The notes under the pieces are model-generated. The model saw nothing but the letters and a program-made list of their open reading frames with translations, made no database searches and was not told where the DNA came from. Shown here piece after piece: positions 54,070-62,666 of a stretch of 64,000 nucleotides of DNA; the stretch's first letter is position 1; the number at the start of each line of letters is the position of its first letter. The position numbers were made by a program, and so were the translations under genes. Origin of the DNA: a virus; IMG/VR virus record IMGVR_UViG_3300011005_000053, one strand, 5' to 3'.

Positions 54070-54126
54070 GTAGGGGTGGAGAACCACCTTCTTTCACCCC
54101 TACATATCAGAAATAGGGTAATTACA
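54070..54126 (+). promoter_or_regulatory. leader hairpin (GTAGGGGTG...CACCCCTAC, 9-bp stem) followed by a second, degenerate motif copy (TATCAGAAATAGGGTAATTACA)
   Basis: Hairpin at 54070-54103, motif at 54105-54126, then the RBS GAAGGAG. Same tandem arrangement as at 11589-11698. Confidence 0.45.
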
Positions 54127-54149
54127 AGTGAGAAGGAGCGTGATGCGTG

Positions 54150-54380
54150 ATGGAAGTCGGAGACGGCTACAAGTATCCTATGCCACCGCGCCCGGCGGCC
54201 GGGGCCGGGCTGACGTGCGAGACCTGCAAACATTTTATCGGAGCTGGCGACTGGAATCTCTGCTGTGATCTGCCGCACCCGGATTACCCATGCGGCTTTC
54301 TGTGCTACAAGGACACACCGGCATGTGATTCCTATGAGGAGGGCACCTACCATTGGAGGTACCCAAGCGAAATATATTGA
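54150..54380 (+). CDS. Cys-rich small protein
   Basis: GAAGGAG plus 11 nt then ATG at 54150. Confidence 0.5.
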   Translation: MEVGDGYKYPMPPRPAAGAGLTCETCKHFIGAGDWNLCCDLPHPDYPCGFLCYKDTPACDSYEEGTYHWRYPSEIY

Positions 54381-54426
54381 CGACGAAGAAATAGTAGTTT
54401 GGTTAGTAAAAAAAAGGAGGGGCTTT

Positions 54427-54693
54427 GTGTTTCCCATTGAGAGAATCGGCGTCCACGCGTCGGATTTGACAGGCGAAATTTACGTCGGACGCATTAACAG
54501 TAAAGGTGATAAGTGGCTGGAAAAACGTGAAGCGACAGAGGAGGTCGTAGAAGCTGTGCGCGATTCCTTTGTATTACATATGGCAGAATACCAGACACAG
54601 TACGGCTATGAATGGACGCGTGTAGACGGCAAAATTGTTCGTCTGATCTGCTCCGTTCTGGAGCCAGAAGAAACTGCGGAGGAAAGCACATAA
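54427..54693 (+). CDS. hypothetical protein
   Basis: AAGGAGGGG plus 6 nt then GTG. Confidence 0.45.
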   Translation: MFPIERIGVHASDLTGEIYVGRINSKGDKWLEKREATEEVVEAVRDSFVLHMAEYQTQYGYEWTRVDGKIVRLICSVLEPEETAEEST

Positions 54694-55062
54694 ATGCCGA
54701 TTATAGTCATCGTCATTCTTATTATCCTCTTGATTGTCGTCATGCTCGTATATACTTCGATTAGCCTTGTCAACACAGAGGGCAATCACACAATAAGGAT
54801 GAAGTTTAAGACGGTTCTGTCGTTATATCACATGTGTCCGCATCGTTGGACGATGTATGAATACAGCATTACCTACCAGAGTTCGTCAGGCGAAGAATAT
54901 GGCATAGAGCTTTCGCCGATAGACACGCTGCGCTATCACAGATGGTACACGAAAAGACAGCAAGACGAAGCGAGTGAACATGTCGCCAAGGCGATACAGA
55001 GCATGCAACAAGACGTCGAGACCTATGCCGATTTACTGAAAAAAAGAGGAGTGTTTTATTGA
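54694..55062 (+). CDS. membrane-anchored hypothetical protein (AT-rich)
   Basis: N-terminal TM (IIVIVILIILLIVVMLV). ATGA-type overlap. Confidence 0.5.
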   Translation: MPIIVIVILIILLIVVMLVYTSISLVNTEGNHTIRMKFKTVLSLYHMCPHRWTMYEYSITYQSSSGEEYGIELSPIDTLRYHRWYTKRQQDEASEHVAKAIQSMQQDVETYADLLKKRGVFY

Positions 55063-55706
55063 TGGCAGCTATTACAAATGTGGATGTTTACGGATTGGAC
55101 AGCGCAATCTATCGCAGCGGATACCCGATGCTGAAGGCAGCTCCGACGCAGATGGATTTTGAAAAGAATGTGGGTGAGATCTGGGCCGCACGGATGGCGG
55201 GTAATTACGAGCATCCGGCCATTAAGCGGGCGATCAATCTCGCCACAGCAAAGGGTGGAGGTCATGATCAGTTCCTGACCGGCATCCACGTAGATTTTGA
55301 CCTGACGCTTTCCAACAAAGCCTGGGTAGAAGCTGAGCGGTATACATTCCTGAACTTTATCAGCTCTATGAGCTCCATGCACCGCGCTGCTTTCTTTAAG
55401 ATCGGCGACTGCTGCAACGACCGTGTCAGCCCGGAGATTATCAAAGAGGTTGAGCGCCTGCAGAAGCGCTACAACGACATCGACGGTGACGCCTCGTCCG
55501 CAGAGAAAAAGGAAGCCTATCTGGATCTACTCTATAACATGCCGTCCGGTTTTGAGTTGACCGCCGGCATGACGACCAATTACCGCTGCCTGAAAAACAT
55601 CTACGAACAGCGCCGCAACCACAGACTGCCCGATTGGCACGTCGTGTGCGACTGGATCGAAACACTCCCGCTGTCGGTACTGATTACCGGTAATAGAGAA
55701 GAATAA
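55059..55706 (+). CDS. hypothetical protein (215 aa)
   Basis: ATGA overlap. No confident family assignment. Confidence 0.5.
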   Translation: MMAAITNVDVYGLDSAIYRSGYPMLKAAPTQMDFEKNVGEIWAARMAGNYEHPAIKRAINLATAKGGGHDQFLTGIHVDFDLTLSNKAWVEAERYTFLNFISSMSSMHRAAFFKIGDCCNDRVSPEIIKEVERLQKRYNDIDGDASSAEKKEAYLDLLYNMPSGFELTAGMTTNYRCLKNIYEQRRNHRLPDWHVVCDWIETLPLSVLITGNREE

Positions 55707-55879
55707 TGATGCGCGGCCGATATAAAAAGGAAACGAGCCGGGAATACCCGGCTGACGTTCTCCGGCATCGCGGTATTTATTGCAGCAGCCGGGAGCGCAT
55801 TAAGTGGTGCAAGAAGTATCTGAGCCGCATTTATAGGCGGCGGAGTAATAGGGAAGAGGACGAGAGAGGAGACTGAATA

Positions 55880-56191
55880 ATGGGCGTTTACATCAATATG
55901 GAGATACCCGAAAGCTGTGCAAAATGTCTGGAAATTGGATGGCATTATGTGTTTGAGTGCGTTCTTGACGACGTAGAACACGGTGAGCGCAAGGCTGATT
56001 GCCCTCTTATCCCCATCCCACCGCACGGGAGGCTGATTGATGCGGATGCGCCTATCGCAGTCTGGGAAGTAAAACTCTCAGATGGCGATAGCTGTTCATC
56101 CCGAAATATCGAAACAACAGTTTCAAAGTTTCTGCTATCTCATTTAATGGGGGAAGTACCGCCCACTATCATCCCGGCAGAGGAGGGCTGA
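55880..56191 (+). CDS. hypothetical protein
   Basis: GAGAGAGGAGACTGAATA then ATG. Ends ...IIPAEEG within a repeated junction sequence. Confidence 0.5.
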   Translation: MGVYINMEIPESCAKCLEIGWHYVFECVLDDVEHGERKADCPLIPIPPHGRLIDADAPIAVWEVKLSDGDSCSSRNIETTVSKFLLSHLMGEVPPTIIPAEEG

Positions 56192-56193
56192 CA

Positions 56194-56592
56194 ATGCCGA
56201 AGAAAATATTTTTCCCGTTTGATGCGAAGACGGGCGAACTGCTTGTTTATGTCCGCCATGATTACCCGGACGACAACAGAGGGACTGTCAAGTGGTCAGA
56301 GAACTACATCTTTGAGGACGATTTAGAATATGCGGGATATACTCGCGGATGCTCTGCGGCAAGAATCCTTTTCCGAAGCATCAAAGACGGGAAAAGTTAT
56401 GAGATGTTTTTAACCGACTTCGACGACGCAATGAGGCGTTGCCGGTTTTTCAAAAACAGGCTTATTGGCAAATTTACGTTCTGCAAACGTGGCCAGAACT
56501 ATGGCGTGAAAATCGCCCCGGCAGAGGAGGAGGTGCTGACCATGACAATTGGCAACGGCATCATCCCGGCAGAGGAGGTAGACAATGACTGA
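56194..56592 (+). CDS. hypothetical protein
   Basis: Starts in the junction GAGGAGGGCTGACA-ATG. Ends ...IIPAEEVDND. Confidence 0.5.
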   Translation: MPKKIFFPFDAKTGELLVYVRHDYPDDNRGTVKWSENYIFEDDLEYAGYTRGCSAARILFRSIKDGKSYEMFLTDFDDAMRRCRFFKNRLIGKFTFCKRGQNYGVKIAPAEEEVLTMTIGNGIIPAEEVDND

Positions 56593-56860
56593 TGTGATAA
56601 GCGCTCTAAGCGTTAAAAAGGCGAGGCTCGCAGAACGCAAGCGTCAGCTCAAGCGAGATTTTGACTGTCAGATCGCCGAGATTGATGCGGGGATCAGAGA
56701 GGTCGATAGAGCATTGCAAACGATCAATGGGGCTATCCAAAATTATCTCTGCCCCGTTTGTCGGGGGACGGGCAACGTCCGCAAATGCGATGCCGCCGGG
56801 CAGATGGAGGACGTGATATGCCCTCACTGCAATGGCACGGGCATCAAAATGGAGGGCTGA
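56585..56860 (+). CDS. hypothetical protein with C-terminal zinc ribbon
   Basis: CPVCRG...CPHCNG. Junction GAGGAGGTAGACA-ATG. Confidence 0.5.
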   Translation: MTDVISALSVKKARLAERKRQLKRDFDCQIAEIDAGIREVDRALQTINGAIQNYLCPVCRGTGNVRKCDAAGQMEDVICPHCNGTGIKMEG

Positions 56861-56862
56861 CA

Positions 56863-57024
56863 ATGGCTGAAATCATCTGGGGCATAGATTTGGGCAATAG
56901 CACAACATCATTGGCTCCGATTAAGCACATGTGCAAGAACGGAACGATGTGCGAGTTTGCTACCGAATTTGGCTATTGTAAGGTTACTGGTTGCGTTAAG
57001 AGAGAGGAGGTAGACAATGGCTAA
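56863..57024 (+). CDS. small hypothetical protein (53 aa)
   Basis: Junction GGAGGGCTGACA-ATG. The track ORF has an Arg-rich extension with no RBS. Confidence 0.4.
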   Translation: MAEIIWGIDLGNSTTSLAPIKHMCKNGTMCEFATEFGYCKVTGCVKREEVDNG

Positions 57025-57304
57025 AGAGTACATCGAGAGAGAGGCTGTGTTGGAGTTGCTATACGATGCCGACGCGATCACGATGCGCGGAGCGAAACTT
57101 CTCAACCAATTCCCAGCCGCAGACGTTGTGCCAAGAGAGCAATACACCAAACTGCTCAAAGCGGCGTTTGCGATGCACGAATGGATTTTCCTCAACACAG
57201 CCGATGAGGAAGAAGCCTACGCCGAGTGTGGGCTGACGGAAGAGATGAACGCTCTGCTGGGCTATGGCGGGAGCGTGAAAATTACAACACAGGAGGGAAA
57301 ATAA
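57017..57304 (+). CDS. hypothetical protein
   Basis: Junction GAGGAGGTAGACA-ATG. Confidence 0.5.
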   Translation: MAKEYIEREAVLELLYDADAITMRGAKLLNQFPAADVVPREQYTKLLKAAFAMHEWIFLNTADEEEAYAECGLTEEMNALLGYGGSVKITTQEGK

Positions 57305-57568
57305 ATGAGCAGAACGGATGCTAAACTGGCAAAACTGGGGTTTGAAAAAGTAAGAGAGGATAAGTACGGGGCTGAGTATATCAAGGATTGCAACGGCTAT
57401 ATTCAAACCGTCGCAATCTTGCACAAAGCATCGGGGAGACATATTCTCCAGAGCTACGATTCCCACCTCACCGATGAGCGCGGAATCGGTTGCACCAATG
57501 TCGGACTGACATACACGGAACTTCGCGTGTTTGCCAAGAAAATGAGAGAGATGAAGCTGAAATCGTGA
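57305..57568 (+). CDS. hypothetical protein
   Basis: CAGGAGGGAAAATAA then ATG. Confidence 0.5.
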   Translation: MSRTDAKLAKLGFEKVREDKYGAEYIKDCNGYIQTVAILHKASGRHILQSYDSHLTDERGIGCTNVGLTYTELRVFAKKMREMKLKS

Positions 57569-57574
57569 CGGGAG

Positions 57575-58075
57575 GTGCCGACAACGGGTAAAACAACAGA
57601 GCACAACAAAGAACTCTGCGCAAAATATCCATGGCTGATTCCCACCAATAGGTGGAGCGGCAAACGCATCACGGATGGGGCTGGCTACTGGCCAGGAACG
57701 CCGGACATTGTTCCGGAATGGGACTATGAGAACACAGAGCTTGATGAGATGCCGGAGGGCTGGCGCATTGCTTTCGGCGAACAGATGTGCGAAGAACTCC
57801 AGCGCGAACTGGAAGCTGCCGGCCGCGTTGATACATACCGCATCACGCAGATTAAAGAGAAGTTCGGCTGGCTCCACTGGTACGATTATGGCGGCACCGT
57901 AGAAACGGACAGTATCATCCATAAATACGCCGACATCAGCCAGCGTACATGCATCAAGTGCGGCAGGCCGGCAAGATTTGTCACGATAGGCTGGATCTCT
58001 CCATATTGCGAAGATTGCGTGCCGCTGAACGAAACGAGCATTTCTTTGGAAGAATGGCTGGCAGATGAGGAGTAA
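57575..58075 (+). CDS. hypothetical protein with C-terminal zinc ribbon
   Basis: CIKCG...CEDC. GTG start close to GGGAGG, so the start is uncertain. Confidence 0.45.
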   Translation: MPTTGKTTEHNKELCAKYPWLIPTNRWSGKRITDGAGYWPGTPDIVPEWDYENTELDEMPEGWRIAFGEQMCEELQRELEAAGRVDTYRITQIKEKFGWLHWYDYGGTVETDSIIHKYADISQRTCIKCGRPARFVTIGWISPYCEDCVPLNETSISLEEWLADEE

Positions 58076-58080
58076 ACACT

Positions 58081-58398
58081 ATGTTAAAATGGAATGTTTA
58101 CGTAGGAGACTTTAATGCCCGTAAGATCCGCGAGCATAACGTATTTGACCATTGGCGGTTTTTAGAGGACTGCCGCGACAACGCTAAAAAGAACAAAAAC
58201 GACCGGGCCACATTTGTATATCAGCTCAAAAACGACCTGTTGTATTACTACTGGTCAAAGTGTGAGTGGGAAGTTGTTGTGACGAACTGGCCGCCGAGAG
58301 AGGATTATGGCGCCATCAAAATCGACGTGTATAACCAGGTCATGATGAACTGGGACAAGTTTGCAGATTACGTGTGGGAACACAAGGAGGACTTATGA
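58081..58398 (+). CDS. hypothetical protein
   Basis: GAGGAG plus 8 nt then ATG. Confidence 0.55.
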   Translation: MLKWNVYVGDFNARKIREHNVFDHWRFLEDCRDNAKKNKNDRATFVYQLKNDLLYYYWSKCEWEVVVTNWPPREDYGAIKIDVYNQVMMNWDKFADYVWEHKEDL

Positions 58399-58883
58399 AC
58401 GTTTTTTATAAGGTAACATTCGCACAGTATGTAAAGGATGTCGGCGGCGACGCCGACCTAACACAGGAATATAAAGCCATTAAGCTTCCGGCCAGAGCCA
58501 CCAAATTCTCCGCCGGATATGATATTTTCTCTCCGTGTTCCTTTTATTTGGAACCTGGAGAGTCGATCAAAATCCCTCTCGGCATCGGTGTGGAACTCGA
58601 CAATGATAAATTCCTTGCCATTTATCCTCGCAGCGGACTTGGTTTTAAGTATAAGCTCCAGATCGACAATACAATCGGCATCATCGACGCGGATTATGTA
58701 AACTCCGATAACGAAGGGCATATCTGGATCAAGCTCACAAATGACACGCGAGAGAACAAAGCGCTCGAAATCAATGCCGGACAGGCTATCGCACAGGGCA
58801 TCATCCAGCAATATTTCCTGACGATTGACGATGCTGTAAATGCCACGCGCAACGGTGGTTTCGGCAGTACGGACGGCAAGTAA
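58395..58883 (+). CDS. dut: dUTPase (trimeric dUTP pyrophosphatase)
   Basis: AGYDIFSP, YPRSGLG, GIIDADYVNSDNEG and RNGGFGSTD motifs. CACAAGGAGGACTT then ATG. Confidence 0.8.
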   Translation: MNVFYKVTFAQYVKDVGGDADLTQEYKAIKLPARATKFSAGYDIFSPCSFYLEPGESIKIPLGIGVELDNDKFLAIYPRSGLGFKYKLQIDNTIGIIDADYVNSDNEGHIWIKLTNDTRENKALEINAGQAIAQGIIQQYFLTIDDAVNATRNGGFGSTDGK

Positions 58884-59170
58884 TGCCGCGAACCACCTGG
58901 ATACACAAAGCGCCTCTTATCGTTGACCGACCAGACTACACCATGGAGCTATTCCGCCGATACCAAAAGGCCAACCACCTGACCAACGCGGAATTAGCTC
59001 CTCTGGTTGGCTGCCGCAACGAACAAGCCATCAAAGACAAAAAGGCGCGAGGAACCGACGCCTGGAAAAAGGAAACCGTTCTTTTATGGGCCTCGGTTCT
59101 TCGCGTTCCTCCAGAAGAGCTTGTAGAGGCGATTCGTCTGGACGCCACGCATCATGGTTTACATAAATAA
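58883..59170 (+). CDS. HTH DNA-binding protein (putative regulator)
   Basis: LTNAELAPLVGCRNEQAIKDKKARG helix-turn-helix-like segment. Start ATG overlaps the dut stop. Alternative start at 58943. Confidence 0.4.
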   Translation: MPRTTWIHKAPLIVDRPDYTMELFRRYQKANHLTNAELAPLVGCRNEQAIKDKKARGTDAWKKETVLLWASVLRVPPEELVEAIRLDATHHGLHK

Positions 59171-59185
59171 GGAGGCGATGATGCG

Positions 59186-60304
59186 ATGAAGTGCAAAGCT
59201 TGCAAACGCAAGATCGACGATAATTCTATCTTTTGCAATTGGTGTGGCGCCAGACAGGTCAAGGAAGAACAAGTGATCAAGATCCCGGAGCCGAAAAAAC
59301 TGGCAAGCGGGAAGTGGAATGTCTATCTGCGGGCGGAAGGGCAGAGCGTAACGGAAGACACCAAAGAGAAGTGTATCACGAAAGCAAGAGCGATCCGCGC
59401 AGGATTCTTGGAAGCCCAAAAGAGTGCGCCAAAGCTGACAATGGCAAAGGCAATCGAGAGGTACATTGCCGAGAATGACGCCGTGCTGTCTCCCGGTACG
59501 ATACGCGGGTACTTAGAAATAGGCCGCAATCGTTTCAAACCATATCATGATAAAGAACTGTCGTCTGTGAATTGGCAGGCGGCCATTAACCGAGAAGCAA
59601 AACTGTGCGGGCCGAAGACGCTCAAAAACGCTTGGGGTCTCGTTGCCCGTGTCATGCGCTGCAATCACATAACGCCGCCTGATGTCAGGCTTCCACAGGT
59701 AGTACCGACAGAACGTCCGTGGCTGAACTATGAACAGGTACTGCGGTTCGTGGAGGAGCTGCGGGGGACTCCGTGCGAATTTGCCGCGCTGCTTGCGCTT
59801 CATTCTTTGAGGCGTTCAGAGCTGCTTGCTATCACACCGTCCAAGATACGTGAAGACGGTATTCATGTCAGCGGATCGATGGTCATAGACCGCGACAACA
59901 ATCTTGTTGAAAAGAAAGCAAACAAGAACACTGCGTCAACACGCGTCGTTCCGATCATGATCCCGCGCCTGCAGGAGCTGATTGACGCGTCAGATAAAGG
60001 CCCTGACGAACCTTACGTTGACATTCGGTTCAATAAACTTTATAATCATATCAATACGGTGTGCAGACACGCCGGCCTGCCGGAGGTTGGCGTTCATGGA
60101 TTAAGAAGATCCTTTGCGTCGCTTGCCTACCATCTCGGGTGGCAAGAGCGTAAAACCATGGCGATTGGCGGATGGGATGATTGGGAGACTATGCATAAAA
60201 TATACATCCATCTCTCCTCAAAAGACCTGTCCGAAGCCGCCGATTCCATGCGTGCGTTTTACACATTTACAGACAAAATTACAGACGAATCCGCAAAGCC
60301 TTGA
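59186..60304 (+). CDS. tyrosine integrase C with N-terminal zinc ribbon
   Basis: CKACKRKIDDNSIFCNWCG. Catalytic HSLRRS and HGLRRSF, and the Tyr region. Its 3' end abuts an attP-like tRNA fragment. Confidence 0.8.
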   Translation: MKCKACKRKIDDNSIFCNWCGARQVKEEQVIKIPEPKKLASGKWNVYLRAEGQSVTEDTKEKCITKARAIRAGFLEAQKSAPKLTMAKAIERYIAENDAVLSPGTIRGYLEIGRNRFKPYHDKELSSVNWQAAINREAKLCGPKTLKNAWGLVARVMRCNHITPPDVRLPQVVPTERPWLNYEQVLRFVEELRGTPCEFAALLALHSLRRSELLAITPSKIREDGIHVSGSMVIDRDNNLVEKKANKNTASTRVVPIMIPRLQELIDASDKGPDEPYVDIRFNKLYNHINTVCRHAGLPEVGVHGLRRSFASLAYHLGWQERKTMAIGGWDDWETMHKIYIHLSSKDLSEAADSMRAFYTFTDKITDESAKP

Positions 60305-60330
60305 TTTTCAACGTGTTTGTGGCACGAAAA

Positions 60331-60358
60331 ACAGGTTCGACTCCCGTACCCTGCTCCA
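60331..60358 (+). other. attP-like core: 3' fragment of a tRNA gene (T arm plus acceptor plus CCA)
   Basis: ACAGGTTCGACTCCCGTACCCTGCTCCA has a T loop (TTCGACT), a 7-nt acceptor strand, a discriminator and CCA, but no 5' half. It sits immediately downstream of the integrase. Confidence 0.5.
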
Positions 60359-60365
60359 TACGTTG

Positions 60366-60403
60366 AAAGTCCGGATTGTTCAAAAAGTCCGGACTTTTAC
60401 ATA
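60366..60403 (+). terminator. rho-independent terminator (AAAGTCCGGA...TCCGGACTTT plus T-rich)
   Basis: 10-bp stem and T-rich tail after the integrase. Confidence 0.55.
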
Positions 60404-60854
60404 TTTTTAGGAACTTTTCGGAACATTTCAAAGCAAAACGTTTTTCAGAAATTGTAAAAAGTAGACTGAGAGTCTACTTCGTAGACCTATATTCTACCCC
60501 AATTTTACAGACGATTTTACAGACGAAACCAGATTTTGACAATTGCATGACTATCAGTACATACGCGAGTGTGTATGCAGTGATAATTATACAAGGCAAA
60601 AAAAATAGCCGCCCTGTCCGGGCGGCTAAAAATTTTTTAATAGCGAATTTCCGCAAGCAACTCCCAAAACATATCGTCCTGCTGTTGCGCGTTAATTTCA
60701 TCTGACACGGCTTATCCCTCCGCGTCATACTGTATCACTTTTCGAAGCACTCTCCAAGCAACAAAGTGGTAACAAAAAAAATAGGGCCATACCACAAATG
60801 TGATATGACCCTGAAAAACCCCAACGTGGTCCGCATCAAAGAGAGGCGTGTGGG

Positions 60855-61346
60855 TTAGGTGGAATGCGATGTGTGTTGTAGCACGTAAGAGAGGCATGCT
60901 TCTTCTAACAACTTAAAATCGCAGCTATTTCTCACCAAGCCCACATCTTTGCCAAGCAATACGCGTTTATATGTCCGCTCGGCGTCATGCATAATAGTAT
61001 CTTGATGCTCAATACAAAACCGCAACTCCTGCGAAAGCAAAGACCTACGTACGCGCACAATGTCTATTGGAATCGGAAACATATAGTTAAAACGCAACGA
61101 TCCAACAGCCTCTCCGTTTTCAGCACGGATCAAAATGTTATCTTTCTTTTGCTGCTTATATGACGACACTGGCACATAGTAGTCCACAGAGTCTATTTTT
61201 AGGACAATGCCGCACAAAAATTTAGGCTTGCGTTTCTGGCCGTAATCCATATCAGGGACCCGGCTAAAGCCACGGCTCGCCAACTCGACATCCTTTAGAT
61301 ACTGCACATAGTCCAGATCTACGGTGTAAAAATTTAATTTATCCAT
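60855..61346 (-). CDS. toxN: ToxN/AbiQ-family type III toxin (endoribonuclease)
   Basis: FYTVDLDYVQYLKDVE, FLCGIVLKIDSVDYYVPVSSYKQQ, NYMFPIPIDIV, KRVLLGKDVGLVRNSCDFKLLEEACLSY align with ToxN/AbiQ conserved blocks. Confidence 0.8.
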   Translation of the reverse strand: MDKLNFYTVDLDYVQYLKDVELASRGFSRVPDMDYGQKRKPKFLCGIVLKIDSVDYYVPVSSYKQQKKDNILIRAENGEAVGSLRFNYMFPIPIDIVRVRRSLLSQELRFCIEHQDTIMHDAERTYKRVLLGKDVGLVRNSCDFKLLEEACLSYVLQHTSHST

Positions 61347-61360
61347 TCATATTCTCTTTC

Positions 61361-61397
61361 TTCCAAAAAAAACGAGGGGGCGCATAAACGCCCCCTC
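61361..61397 (-). terminator. rho-independent terminator between the repeats and toxN (GAGGGGGCG...CGCCCCCTC plus T8 on the minus strand)
   Basis: 9-bp GC stem followed by TTTTTTTT on the minus strand. This is the canonical ToxI/ToxN attenuator position. Confidence 0.65.
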
Positions 61398-61403
61398 AAC
61401 ATT

Positions 61404-61478
61404 ATCATCCGCGCTTAAGGTGGCGGGGCACCTCGCATAAATGATCCGCGCTCAAAGTGGCGGGGCACTTCTCATTAA
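61404..61478 (-). ncRNA. ToxI-like antitoxin RNA: two tandem ~37-nt direct repeats
   Basis: ATCATCCGCGCTTAAGGTGGCGGGGCACCTCGCATAA and ATGATCCGCGCTCAAAGTGGCGGGGCACTTCTCATTAA, between the promoter and the terminator upstream of toxN. Confidence 0.6.
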
Positions 61479-61502
61479 AAGAGAAATATCTTTCTCGGCT
61501 AT

Positions 61503-61532
61503 AGTATATGCAAAAACTATGATAATGTCAAG
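61503..61532 (-). promoter_or_regulatory. promoter of the toxIN locus (TTGACA-18-TATACT on the minus strand)
   Basis: -35 at 61527-61532 and -10 at 61503-61508 (reverse complement). Confidence 0.6.
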
Positions 61533-61542
61533 TGGCTTGCAC

Positions 61543-61992
61543 TTATAGGAAGCTATGATCTTTCATACACTTCTCGTACTGTTTCAGAATCAGCCGCTTG
61601 GTTGACTCTGTCATATGGTTCTTAAACTCTGGATGTGCGACGCAATAGGCGTCGTATTCCGTGATACGCTGCACCACTGTGTCAAATCTGTCCTTGCTGT
61701 GCATTTTGTCCGGATTATAGATTAACTCATCACCGAACTCTAAAATGCTTTCCCTGGCCGATTTGGCGTCTCTCTCGTCAATGCTGCGTTTCAGCTCGAC
61801 AACTTCATCGCTCAGCGTGTCAACTTTATCAATAACTTCGCGGTTAATTGCTCTTCCGATGCGCCGAGCAAGCCATGACCACGGATTCAGTTTGATGGGA
61901 ATAATTTCGATTACGCCGGTTAACGCGATCAGTGTGGCCGACAGCCAGCCAATCATCTGCCCGACGGTCAACTCAGCAAGACCTCCCATCAT
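61543..61992 (-). CDS. membrane-anchored hypothetical protein
   Basis: N-terminal TM. 149 aa. Confidence 0.5.
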   Translation of the reverse strand: MMGGLAELTVGQMIGWLSATLIALTGVIEIIPIKLNPWSWLARRIGRAINREVIDKVDTLSDEVVELKRSIDERDAKSARESILEFGDELIYNPDKMHSKDRFDTVVQRITEYDAYCVAHPEFKNHMTESTKRLILKQYEKCMKDHSFL

Positions 61993-62324
61993 TCACCGTC
62001 TTTCTTGATCTCTGCATTTACGATTTTGCTCATAGCGCAAAGACCGTCGATCATGTCGCTGACAACATCCATATCAATCTCGTAGTTGATACTGTTGGCA
62101 GAGGCTTTGACCATAGCCATGACCCATTCTTTTCTGTCGGCGCCTTCGGAGAACTTAATCTCCGCCTGCTCCATATAGTTTCTGACCAGAGCCAGCAGGG
62201 AAGGCCAGTTCCGTTCTTTGACAGACTTCTTGACGTAGCGAACGAGCGCGACAATCAGCGGAATCACAACCGCCAAGCCAACGAGTATGGGAACAAGTGC
62301 AGTAGTCCAATCCATAATTTTCAC
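61989..62324 (-). CDS. holin-like protein
   Basis: N-terminal TM (ALVPILVGLAVVIPLIVALV) followed by a charged C-terminus. Sits in the lysis cassette. Confidence 0.5.
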   Translation of the reverse strand: MKIMDWTTALVPILVGLAVVIPLIVALVRYVKKSVKERNWPSLLALVRNYMEQAEIKFSEGADRKEWVMAMVKASANSINYEIDMDVVSDMIDGLCAMSKIVNAEIKKDGE

Positions 62325-62339
62325 TCCCTTGCAATTTCG

Positions 62340-62666
62340 TTATACAGGCGGCTCGTCCTCGGCCAACTGGAATCCGTTAGCCTGAGCCGTGGCATAAGTA
62401 ATGCCGGCTCCGTCTGGACCTTTATGCTCCACCTTACAGAGTGACAAGTACCCGGACAGACCGGCGGCGATAACCGCTTCGGCTAAACCGATAGCAGCAG
62501 TCAGATATGCAGCAGTGGCAGTAAATCCATGGCGGATGCAGAGGTAGATCAGCACGATACACTCCTGCGCAATCACAAACCCGCATAGGATCACGAGGAG
62601 CGTCAGCCATTTACTCCACTGTATTTTGTGTTTTTTACGCGGTTCTTTGCGGCGAAGCGGTTTCAT
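62340..62666 (-). CDS. three-TM small membrane protein (second holin-like)
   Basis: Hydrophobic segments. Immediately downstream of the endolysin. Confidence 0.45.
   Translation of the reverse strand: MKPLRRKEPRKKHKIQWSKWLTLLVILCGFVIAQECIVLIYLCIRHGFTATAAYLTAAIGLAEAVIAAGLSGYLSLCKVEHKGPDGAGITYATAQANGFQLAEDEPPV

Noticed and set aside
54143-54265. ATG at 54143 opening an Arg-rich 40-aa frame
   Set aside because: Arg/Gly-rich and out of frame with the Cys-rich protein that has proper SD spacing at 54150.
61404-61478. Short direct repeats considered as a CRISPR array
   Set aside because: Only two ~37-nt repeats with no spacers. They sit between a promoter and a terminator immediately upstream of a ToxN-family gene, so they fit a type III antitoxin RNA far better.
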